A stretch of 64,000 nt of DNA, taken from assembly GCA_012295275.1 (NCBI GenBank), contig CM022672.1, forward strand, positions 21,514,001 to 21,578,000, given 5' to 3'. The stretch is from Chrysomallon squamiferum (taxonomy: Eukaryota; Animalia; Mollusca). Positions 13,508 through 38,593 of the stretch are shown here, in pieces; the stretch's first letter is position 1, and each line of letters begins with the position of its first letter. The translations under genes were made by a program, and so were the position numbers. The notes under the pieces are model-generated. The model was given only the letters and a program-made list of their open reading frames with translations, made no database searches and was not told the origin of the DNA.

Positions 13508-15810
13508 TATTGGTTTGGAACAAAAGTTCTGTGTTTTCTAAGTGAAATTCAAAGACAGTATTTAGATATTAGTACATAGATTTATTCAACAACATGTCAT
13601 TTTGTTTCTTTCAGAATGTGTGTATATATTGTGTATATATATATATATATATATATATTTCAGTCACATATATGTGAAATCAAATGACCAACTATTGAAA
13701 AATCTACAAAACTTATGTTCCAATCCAATATATAATCTGTAAATAATGATCTGTACTCATTGTTTCATTTACTAAAAGCAGCTTTTAAAAGGACTTTTTT
13801 TTTTTTATAGTGATAAATATTTCTTTAAAAAAGAACTCTTGAAATTAGCCCTACAAGACACACACACAGTTATGAATAGTTTTACTGCACAATTTTGTAT
13901 TCTTAAATATTTTTCTGACAGCACAAGAAGCTTACATAACAAATCTCTTTCTTCACATAAGGCAAAAATTTATTTATTTATTACTATGTTTATTTTTTTT
14001 TGTGAAACTGTTTTAATTATATTCATTACAAATATTGGTTTCAGTTATAAATCATAATTCTGAAATAGGATGTTACTTTGTTTCACAAAAGATGCACTTC
14101 TGGCATTGATAAAAGTGATATGAACTGTGCATGTGTAGTAGATACATTAGTAAATTACACAATATTTCTAAAAAATTTTTTGTTCATTTGCAGATACATA
14201 TGTTCAAAACAATACATTTTCCTGTGGAAATCAGGCTGGTCCATTACAAATACCAGCAGGTATTAATATGAAGAACATGTCTTCTGAGACAGTAGATGAA
14301 AAAGTTGAATATTCTCCAGAATTAGTGAGAGAACTAACAGAGAAGATGGAAGGAGATATGGTAAATCTTATTGATTAAAGTGAATATTTACTATACAGTA
14401 ATACAGGCTGAGAATCCTTTATCCCATTTCAGAATTATGGAAATATTTTAGATTTCAGAATGTTTTGTAATTTGGATTATTAGGAGATAAATTTAAACAC
14501 AAGTGCCATTTGTATTTCATACACAGCTTTTTCAGCTTGTGCAGGATATTTATATTATTTTTAATAATTGAAATAAAGTTTGTAAAAACCACTTGAAATT
14601 GTGAAGACTGTAACATATCACCATTTAGATTGCTCAGAAAAGGTTTCAGATTTCAAATGGTGAATAGATATATATTAGATAGAATCATAGATAGAGAAAA
14701 TATCAAACTATTCACTGTCTTTTTAAATTGTTTTATTTCAGCCATTGGACTGCATGCCAAACCCTTTCACAGAAGAAAGAAAGAAATGTATTCTGTGTAA
14801 ATACAATATTGAATTGGACTATAAGGTATCATGTGTAAAACAAACAAAATAATTTATAATGTTTACTATTTTCTGTCAGCAATACAAATTAATTGTTGAA
14901 TTTATATGACTAGACACATTCACTTGAAGGAACTGCATTGTAATAATAAAATTATTTTGAGATCCACTTAAAGTATTATGCATTTACTATAATTCTAATT
15001 AAACTAAAAAAAAAATGTTTGTATTTTATTCACTAACTTATAAATTTTATTCCCTAGAATCATTGTGATGCTTTGATAACTGAGATGTGGAAGTTTCATC
15101 AAGTTTTATTAATTTTTTGAAAACATCTTTTCAGAATACTCGTCTTTTAAGTCAGTTTGTGTCACCTTTCACTGGTAGAATATATGGCAGAAAAATTACT
15201 GGCCTCTGCATACCCATGCAGCAGAGAGTTGCAACACTCATCAAAAGATCTAGAAAATGCGGTAAGAAAACTTTATATCTTTTCTAAAAATGATTGTTTT
15301 AAATACAAAGCAACAATTATTTCAGATAAATAAAAAATGTTGTTCGTTTGTAAAAACATAAAAAGTATTATAATATAAATAAAAGAGAAAAAAAAAGAAG
15401 TGGAAAAACAATAAAAAAACAATAGTGCCTTTGAATAATGTGAAGAGGGGCCATTTTCCTTTTAAACAATGAAGCAAAGAAATAAACTAATTTATTATGT
15501 AAAGAAATAATGTCATTTGTTTCATGAATAACCTTTATGTTTAACATCCTCAGAAATGTTACAAATAGTACTGAATAATTAAATGCAGTAACCAACTGAA
15601 AATGTTTGTTTCGATTTGGTCACATATTATGTCAATCTGATTTTGTACATTTTGTATGAACAAAATTATCTTGATTATTAATCAGTGCTTGATCAGTATA
15701 ATAATAATTCATGTGCATGTTAATTTTCAGGTTTCATGCCATTTATTGTTAAAGATGCTGCATATTTACAAGATCCAAAGTTATTTGATCCTTTCAAGCC
15801 AGCCAGGTAG
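12904..15810 (+). CDS. MRPS18C: Mitochondrial small-subunit ribosomal protein S18c (bS18m), 5 exons
   Basis: Approximate exons: 12904-13009, 14193-14360, 14742-14825, 15135-15261, 15731-15810. N-terminus resembles a mitochondrial targeting peptide (MASLSMVRGLSTKIFTVSGR); then MPNPF..[62 protein letters not shown]. Confidence 0.93.
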
Positions 15811-16019
15811 CAAAAGCTAGAAGATGACATTAGAAAAGGACTGGAACTTCAGTATATTGTAATATTATTAATACCATATTAAAATTAACAAATCAGTGTG
15901 TGTTATAAAACAGATTATTTTTTAAAGTTGTCTGTTAAGTATTGGACAGTTGAGAATTTTTGTATAGAAGGACATATGAAATTGTAATAAGTCTCCTAAA
16001 AAATCAGTAAAAGAAAATT

Positions 16020-16243
16020 AATAAAAAGCATGTACAACAATCTGTAAATACTGTGTACAGACATAAAATTGTAATAAAACTTCAATGTTAATGACCTCTT
16101 TTTGTGTTTTTGATGTCAAATAATATTAACAAAACAATCATATGTAATATCTTCTATGTTGAATATTAAAAAGAGTTATTAAATTTTCTATAAAACTTTA
16201 TTGTCTTCTGATAATAAGGTACAATGTAACAGAGCATTTTATT
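16020..16243. terminator. Convergent polyadenylation signals (AATAAA on + at ~16020 and ~16074; TTTATT for the minus-strand gene at ~16197 and ~16238)
   Basis: Hexamers lie between the tail-to-tail stop codons at 15810 and 16576; the AT-rich background makes this weak evidence. Confidence 0.4.
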
Positions 16244-16575
16244 AAAACAGATTTAAAATATATGAATTTTTATCATAATGCTAAATACATTTTAATTTGT
16301 AAACATTAAATATAAAAATATATCTGACAGGAAATTAATTCGAAAAAGATGATCTATAATATTGTAAATTAAAATTACAGCCATTTTACTCGGTTAACTA
16401 TAAATTTTATGCTACAAAATAGATTATATATATTTAAATAAAATATTTTTGCAGAGTAAATGTGGGCCATTATCATAAAAAGTACATATTGTGTTAAAAA
16501 TATTTCTTGTAATCATGGCAGTTTCATTTTCTAACAAGGAATGAGCAGGTATGAATTTCATCTTTGCAAACACAA

Positions 16576-19500
16576 TCAAGTAGCACTGACTCCATCTTCT
16601 GGATCCAATCTGTCAAAATAAAAATTGTTTATTAATCTTGTTCATTATTAAAATATCAGATTAAAATTTTAATATATAGTAAAAATATAGAAACCATTTA
16701 ATTTAAGAGAAACAATAATACAGTGTAAATATTATTAACGTGCTCCCATGGTGGTTTGTATGAAGGATGAATTTTTTTTTTTTAAATCATTCTTTCAAGT
16801 TATTTTATTGTTTTATGATGCACTGCTGATAACAAAATATGACAAAAAAATAGCACTAACCACTTCATCACTGACTGTATGGCAGGTTGATCACTGTAAT
16901 TATTATGACAACACAGGAAGAAACTTTAGAGGAACCTGATTTCATGTACACACAATGATACCATGATTGCACATTATTATTTTATAGCTAATTATATTAA
17001 ACTATCAAAATATATTAAAATATATTGTGTAACTGCTATTTCTCATCTAACATTTGAAAAAAAAAAAAATGTTTTATTATTTGACATTTTTTAACAGTAA
17101 ATTTATAGGTGAAAGATTTTACCTCATCTTTTTCTTCTTGGAACATTCATTTCTCTGAGGCTCTGTTTTGGTATCAAACAAAGCATCTAACATTGCACCA
17201 ATATCTTCCATATTGCTACGTATAACACCACTCTCATGTTTATCAGTTTTATCATAGATTTGAGAAACAAGTTCCACTTTTATTTGATTGTTTTTCATGT
17301 TTTTGTGTTAATATCACAATCATCATGATGTCTTTTCAGTGTTATTTGACTGGATGGCTCCTTTAGATCAGTTTCTATGTTCATTTCAGTCACTTTGAGT
17401 TCTCTGTTTCCAACCTTTAATTTGAAAATATGAAAAAAGAAAATAAATTTTAAATTAACAAAAGCAATAAAAACTATAAAAAAACAAAGAAATAAAAAAT
17501 AAAAACTAGAATGATATTTAAATAAACAAAAATAACAATCATGTTAAATATTTCTGCATAAATAATTTTCATATAATTATATACATTTTTCAAATGATTC
17601 ATTGATAACTGAACATTCTGAATTAAGCAGTTGTAGTATAAAAGAACTCAGTAAATTTTACCCTAAAAAGTTCTTCACTCACTGTTGTTTATTTATAATT
17701 TGAAATGACTAATTAAAAACACAGACAGAAAGAACAAAGCACAATCTTGGACCTCATCTATCTTTTCTGTCTGAAGATTTCCTACTGCTTTAGACAGGAC
17801 AGTTTTATCATCTTCTTTATTCTTCCCACATTCCTTTTCTCTTTTTCTCTCTTCACATTTAACTTTCCTTTCATTTTCAATCTTCAAGATAATATCTTCT
17901 CTTCCGGCCTTCAAAAATTAAAAAAAAATTTTTTTTTTTTAAAGAAGATCTAAAAAGACAATCTATGAATAATTAGACATATTCATGAGAATACATATAT
18001 AAACATACATATTTTTGTCTTTTGGCAGATGGCTGAAGCTAATTTGTTAGATCATTGGTCAAATGTTTGAAGGGTGTCAGGATGAGTCTTCCTCATTGCT
18101 ACTTTATTTGGCAGTTATTTTCCCATTAAACAGTGGCTATTTCATTCATACCTGTTTCAGAAATTCTACAGCGCTTTCAACCAGTTCTTTCTCAGTCATC
18201 ATATAAACTGTCCTTTTTCTAAAATTAAAATAAAAATAAAATATATATAAATATATATAAATAGGACAATAAATAATACATCTGAAAGAAAACAGGTCTT
18301 AAATTTTCACTCAAATAAAAAAAAAAAAAAAATAAAAATTCTTAAGTAATAGAAATATTACCTTGTTTTGCTTTGTGTTGAACTACCAGTTTTGTTAAGG
18401 TTTGACGCAGAACTAGAGGCCTGCCTTCCCAACATCCATTTAGGCAGACCACGTGATGGACTTGGAGATTCTGATTGGATCAGGGAAGTTGAGGGAATAA
18501 AAAGCTTTTTTGTTAGTTCTGTTCTAAGCTTTTCTATTCTGCTTTCTCTTTCTGACAGGGGTGTAGCATTTGTAGCATACAAAATTTGAAATCTGAAATA
18601 AATGAGTTTTATTTGCACTCTGTTTTATACAGTAAATATAAAATTAAAGAAAAATATTCTTAATATATTTAATAATAATAATAATAATAAAATATATGTG
18701 TAAAAACATACTAAATATTTTGTTGGACACTATTTATGTCATAAATGAATGATACATACCTTTCAATAGTAGTTTTATCTTTTGCAAAGAGATATTCTCT
18801 TTTGCCGAAGGGAAGGTCTTGAACCAGAAAGTTGTTTTGAAATTTATCAATGAGATGATACAGTGGGATTTCAGCAGACATCTTGTTTTCATCATTCTCC
18901 AAAACCAGAGTCTGCAGCATTGGAGGAACTGCTGGTATCTGAGCAGCACAGCTACTAGTAACCTTCATGAAAATAATGGATGATGTTAAAAAGTTTTAAT
19001 TATTTCAGAAACATTTACAGTTATTTGAAAATGGGAATTCTTAGCAGGTGTGATCTTTCTGTACAATAAGGGTGACTGTTAAAGCAATAAGCAATAATCT
19101 TTTACTTATTTGTTTTGTGAGCATAATATTACTTGAATATGAAGAATCTCTGTAAGAATTAATAACAAATACGACATTAAGAAGAAACTGATTTTTTTTT
19201 TTTTTTTTTAAATCACTAAATTATGTATTAAGGTGAGCCAACCGCATCAAACTGAATTATCAGGAGCTTATATCAAAATATGCCAATATTAACATTTTTT
19301 GTAATTTTTCTCTCATTAAAAATACATTTATTGTGTAAAAGGCAATAAAATATTAATATATTTATGACTTGTCATTATCATATTGCCACTAAAACTATTT
19401 AAAATTGAAATGGTAGTTAATAATTCTCAGATAAAGTCAGCTTAATTTTTTTTTTAATTCAATTTCAATTCACAACTCCCCCTCCCCACTAAAAAGAGAA

Positions 19501-22500
19501 AAAACCCAACAACACCACAAACATAGGGTCTATTTTCTGTAACATACCAATTTTGGATTCTGCAACACTCTTTCCATCTGAAAAAGAATTATTATTTTAA
19601 AAAAAGTTAAAACTTTACATTAGAATAATAAAAGTAAACATTCTACTCTTTATGAATGCATACTTTTGTTCCCAAAAATTAAATATCATATTTTGGTTAT
19701 TATGAAACTCAAAAGTGAAAAAATATTTTAAATGTAATTGAGGAAACACTGTGTTTACCTATTATTTAAAATATTTCAAATATAAATGTAAATTTTAAAA
19801 TACTGGTAATTTGTAACTAAAACAAAAAAAATGTTTACCTTCATATGTCGAATGCCTGCATTTTCAGCCATACTTTTATGTCTTGAAGAATGATACAAAT
19901 AGATGGTTGTCTAAAAAAAGAATTTTTTTTTTAATAATATGTATATAAAATAAGAGATACATTAATATCATTTAATAATAATTTCAAAACAAATGAAAGG
20001 AAATAATAAAAATTTTATTTACATAATAAGTTCACTGACATTAAATAAGTCCCATGGTACATAATTTAAAAAGAAAAAAAAAAAAAAAAAAAAAAAAAAA
20101 ATAATGAAACAAAAGTCATCACCAAGTACAGAATGTTTCTCAGTTCTTTTAACTTTTAATATCTTACTTAAATATGTGGATACATGTAACGTAATAACTC
20201 ATAACATTTTAAAAATGTTGTATTATTTTAAATTAGATTATATGGAATATTATTATCATTATTATTATAATGTCATATTAGTACCCTGCACTGTAGATCA
20301 AGACAGTGCTGTTTCTGGAGGAATGCCAGGATGCTAGGGTTAGGTGGAACACAGAAACTCCCTGAATTTGTAGACCGATGCAGGTGAATCATATACACTG
20401 GAATAGGCATCTAAAAATATACAATTTACACTGATGAGAATATAATTTATAAAATAATTATATAAAAAAAATATATATACATATTAATGTTAAAAAGACT
20501 AATGATGTTATGTATTGAGATTTAGACACTGAAGTAAACTAATCAAAATAAATGATTTTATTACTAAAATTTATTCCTATTTTTTTCTTCTGAAAAAAAT
20601 GTATGTAAAAAGTAAATTAATGGATTACCTCAGAAACAATTTGTGTGATAACTTTTTTTATTGATAAATCCTCTTCTTCAGCAGTTAATACACCTAAGAT
20701 AAAATAAACTATTTAATTTTTCTTCTTTAAAATAATATATATGAAACAAAATAAAGCTCATAATTATCATTATGATAATCAAAGATATTGAAATGAATTT
20801 GGAAATTAAAAAAATTATCGTATTTAAAATTCAATCAATAGTTGTTTTTTTTTAAATTCAAAGGCTTATAATATTGTTTATTTTGATGGGTTTTTCTGTT
20901 TACTTTTTACTTGCTGTATGTCAGATCAGCTGGACTGCACCTACATGACATTCTACACATGGAAATATGAAATAATTAGAGATAAAGTCTCTGTTTTTTA
21001 GTGCTGTCATAATATAAACTTTAACATTTAGCAAACAAATGAAAATCAGTTTCTGAATAATACTGAAATTCTTTTCTAATTCTTCCAGAGAATTCTACAT
21101 ATTTATTAACCTATGCAAAATGGATCAAACTAATTTTTTTTAAATCTGATAATAATACATCTTAGTAAACCAATAAAAAATGATATAAGTTAATAAAAAA
21201 TAAAGATTATAAATGTTTTTAACCTTTGGAAACGTTTTGACCATCACAAATAATAATAATGTGACCACAGGGATTTGCTGCCTCCCATTGTTTACAGATA
21301 CTGATTATTGTTTCTGTGTTGTTACAGTTTTTTAAAGATATTCCTTCCCATTGCAGAAACAAAGCAGTTACTTCAAACTGAAATTAAATCATAAACAGGA
21401 ACAAAATGTAATTTTCTGAAGAAAGAAAAATAAAAAGAATAATAAAATTCTTAAAAAATAGTAGTGATGTTATTACGATGTTAAAAAGTTATGAATTATA
21501 AATCTTTTCAATAAAAATATTTGTCTGATTCATACTGGAATGTTTATTAAATTATCATTAATAAACAAACAGAATCCTGTACCTTAAATGCAGTCAATGC
21601 TGTCAGAAAGGTGTCTTTGCTACTAATAGAAAAACCTTCTTTAGAACTTGGCTCATCAACTGAATAATAATAATTAAAAAACACCATTAAATAAATTACA
21701 TTATTTAATGACAGCTAAAAAAGAAAAAATAATAAATTCAATTACTTTTTGTAATCATTCATTGTTAACTATAAACTATACCAATAAAATAACCACATTG
21801 TGAGATATGTGAAGATTTAAATTTTTCATTTTAAAATACACCTTTAAATGGTTTTCTAAATTTATTTTTAGTGATCAATTTCTTTTGTTTTTGTTTACAG
21901 TAATTAAGTACGACAAACATAAATGAAAGATTTGGAAGATCACACTTTCTTTTGGAACATGTCAGTAAAAACAAACACTGAATGCAATTTTTGCTGCATT
22001 TAGGCCTACTTATTTTTATCTGAACTTTATTATTATGCTTTTATTAGTAATAATAAAAATATGTTTTCATTGAAGGACAAAAGAAAATTGATATTTTATT
22101 ATTTTTAGAACAAACAGGTTTTCAGGAATTACTTACAATACATTTGCTTAGCCAAATTAAGTATAACAAAAATTACATACTCTGTAATTTTGAGTAAGAG
22201 CTTAGAATTAGTCTTTTTTTAAAATTATAATTTTAAAAACCAAAGGATGTTAGTTAAAAAAGATTAAAATATTTATAAAATAAGAGATGGAAAAAAAAGA
22301 GAAATAAATAAAATAAAAGTAATATTATTACCATGTAATTTATTGAATGTAGTACTTTCAGGATCATCATACCACCGTGCAATCTGATGATCTTTACAAA
22401 TCTGTTGTGAGTCACAACCTGATGCAAGCACAAATTCACGACTCCAAACACACTGCAGGCATCCATATTTTGGACACAGTTTTATTAACTTGAGCTTGAT

Positions 22501-22946
22501 GTTAGGAAACTATCATAAATAATGTAGAAATTCCCATTAATCAACACATCCATAATAAAAAGTTATAATTATAAATTCATTTTGGTATTCTGTGCATCCT
22601 ATCATTGAAACTGAGGTTATTTCAAATTTTAAAAATATTTATGATTGGTAAATGAGAAAAGAAATAATATATATTATTTCTCTCTGTCACACACACACAC
22701 ATAACACACACACAAATACAAACACTCATGAACATGCACATAATACATATAATTAAAAATTTCTTGGAATACTGTTTAATAAAACTGCATCCCAGTATAT
22801 TACCATTTCAGAATATCCAATAATTTCAAATTACCTTTTTACTGATTAATTGGATGTATGATCTTCTAGTTTTTACAGAACAATTTTCATCATCAATTAC
22901 AACATTTTTTCCCTACAATAATAATAAAAATTTATATATATAAAAA

Positions 22947-22985
<39 letters not shown>

Positions 22986-23750
22986 GAATAAATAAATACA
23001 ATAATTTTAATAATTTACTCAGTTCAGATAAGCATAAATATATTTTAATTTTATCTTTAAAAAAAAAAAAAAATATATATATTTTTTTTAAATATATGAA
23101 TTAAAATAAAAGTCATTGGTAATACATTTAGTTCTTTTTTATAAATAAATAAATATCTAAATAAATTCAGTAAGTAATAATTATATGCATTTTTCTGACT
23201 ACATAAATAATCACTGTACATGTAATAAATGCTTTCAAACATACAAACCTGTACATTCTCTTCATCTTACCTTTTTCAAAAGTTTAATAATTTGAACTGA
23301 GATATCTCTTAATCCCAGATCTGGATTAGATGAAAAGATTTCTGCTGGGGATAGCCTTTCAAATCCTTCTAAAACATAATGTTTCTGACAATATCTAGAT
23401 TTACCCTATGATTAAAAACAAAATAATTCTTGTTGTTAATATTACATAAATTACAAATTTCAAAAGTAAATAACAGTTATAAACTCGTTATTATTAATTT
23501 AGATATACACATTATTTATGTAAATGTTATTTTAATATTTACTTGGAGTTTTAATGTATAATCTGTAAGTCAGTAGTGGTTCGTTTGTTTGATTTACTCG
23601 CCCTTTTACTGTTTTCTTTGAATGCAGCTATTACAAATGCATTTTTAATATTTCCTCGATATTTTACAGTATTTAGAAGAAAGATAAAGTACACTGCCTT
23701 ACCGAAAATGGTGGTCCAAATAAAAGAACCACATTGGAATTTACCGCCAT
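16576..23750 (-). CDS. Uncharacterised ~650-aa protein: PNK-like P-loop kinase + degenerate HAD-IIIA domain + Ku-binding motif + CYREN/MRI-like segment, 16 exons
   Basis: Approximate exons: 23750-23703, 23405-23271, 22913-22836, 22510-22333, 21659-21583, 21377-21224, 20694-20629, 20410-20285, 19910-19839, 19577-19548, 18962-18760, 18592-18362, 18218-18152, 17908-17753, 17414-17123, 16609-16576; one open frame across GT-AG joins. Motifs: VLLFGPPFS|GKS (Walker A), NVVIDDEN (Walker B), EPSSKEGF, ALFLQWEG, FCVPPNPSIL, AENAGIRH, RGLPKWML, RTVYMMTEKELVESAVEFL, KKKKMR. Confidence 0.82.
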
Positions 23751-24300
23751 ATAAAGTCACAGTTACAATTACATTAATGGTCTTCACGGTGAACAGAAAA
23801 ACCGGTGTTTAATTAATTTATATCTGTCAAAAATAATGTAGCGGTAGGAAAACAAAAGTAAATATAAAATCTTTACTGAAATAATCTACACAATCAATAT
23901 ATAAATATCAATAAAATACCAGCCCACTGGAACTAAACAGTTTGTAACAGTCAGATAAATAATCATTTTATGTGAAATAAAAATCTCCATTAACTGCTTA
24001 TAGTTATAGGTTGCATTTTAAGATTGTTACCGGCGAAATAAAAATATAAACAATGAAACATTGACTTGAGTCTTGACGATTTACACATGTATAAGCTTTA
24101 AAAATAAACGACAAATACCTTTAAAACTATTATATATTCTAAACAACCTGATGACATTAATTAAGTATAGGTTTTGTACGAAGCTGACGTTTAAGTTTTT
24201 AGAATGTAAGTGTAATATAGTTATTTGATATTGGCGGGGGATTTAAATTGAAATAATTTTTTGATTTATTGTCATGATCATCATTATGATTATGTAATCA
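23751..24300. promoter_or_regulatory. Probable bidirectional promoter region for the kinase-MRI gene and HELQ
   Basis: Divergent genes with ATGs at 23750 (-) and 24972 (+); local CpG enrichment (e.g. accggcg, ggcggggg) against CpG-poor gene bodies. Confidence 0.55.
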
Positions 24301-24971
24301 TCAGGTATAATTATAATAATAGCAAATGTAGTAGTAATGGTAGCAGACACGCACAGACACACACACACATTGTTAATATTATACAAAGTTGTACCATTAT
24401 CATGATTATGATTATCTATGACGGTGCCATTAAGATTAACTGTGTAGCTTCACCATTCGTCATTTAAGCCAAATCGAAGGAATTCTGAATAATAATGGTT
24501 GTTGACATTATTACAGTTAACAGAATTCATTTAACCTATGCACAGATGCTGTTCTGATATATATGGGATTGTGAATAATTAACATAATTTCTTTATAAAT
24601 AAAATAAAATACTCCCCCCCACACACACACAAAAACAACTTTTAATATGTTAAAATAATTAATAAATGGCAAAAACATATATAGTGTTTATTCAGAACTG
24701 CTATTTAATCTAACCTGCTTCATTAAATATTACCAGTGAACAAACAAACATGCATGCACATGTTCCCCCTCACACACACACACACACACACATACATACA
24801 ACAATTTGCACACTTACCATTTTTATGATTCTTGGGGCAGTTAAAATTGACCCTGTCATAATCTCAGCCTAGATATGTCATTTCAGTACTTCTTTTCATT
24901 ACTAGGTACTAGGTAGTGACTGTGGTTTACAGTTGGCAATGTGCAAAACAGGACTTAATTGAATTGATACA

Positions 24972-38593
<13,622 letters not shown>

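Noticed and set aside
16576-23750. Calling the minus-strand gene PNKP, or ABRAXAS1 (the human tail-to-tail neighbour of MRPS18C)
   Set aside because: No FHA domain, reversed domain order and no DxD motif argue against PNKP; it has a P-loop and no recognisable MPN domain or terminal SPxF, arguing against ABRAXAS.
23551-23812. Overlapping 78-aa ORFs on both strands
   Set aside because: The real coding part is the 48-bp first exon (23750-23703) in another frame, ending at a GTAAG donor and completing the P-loop with the next exon.
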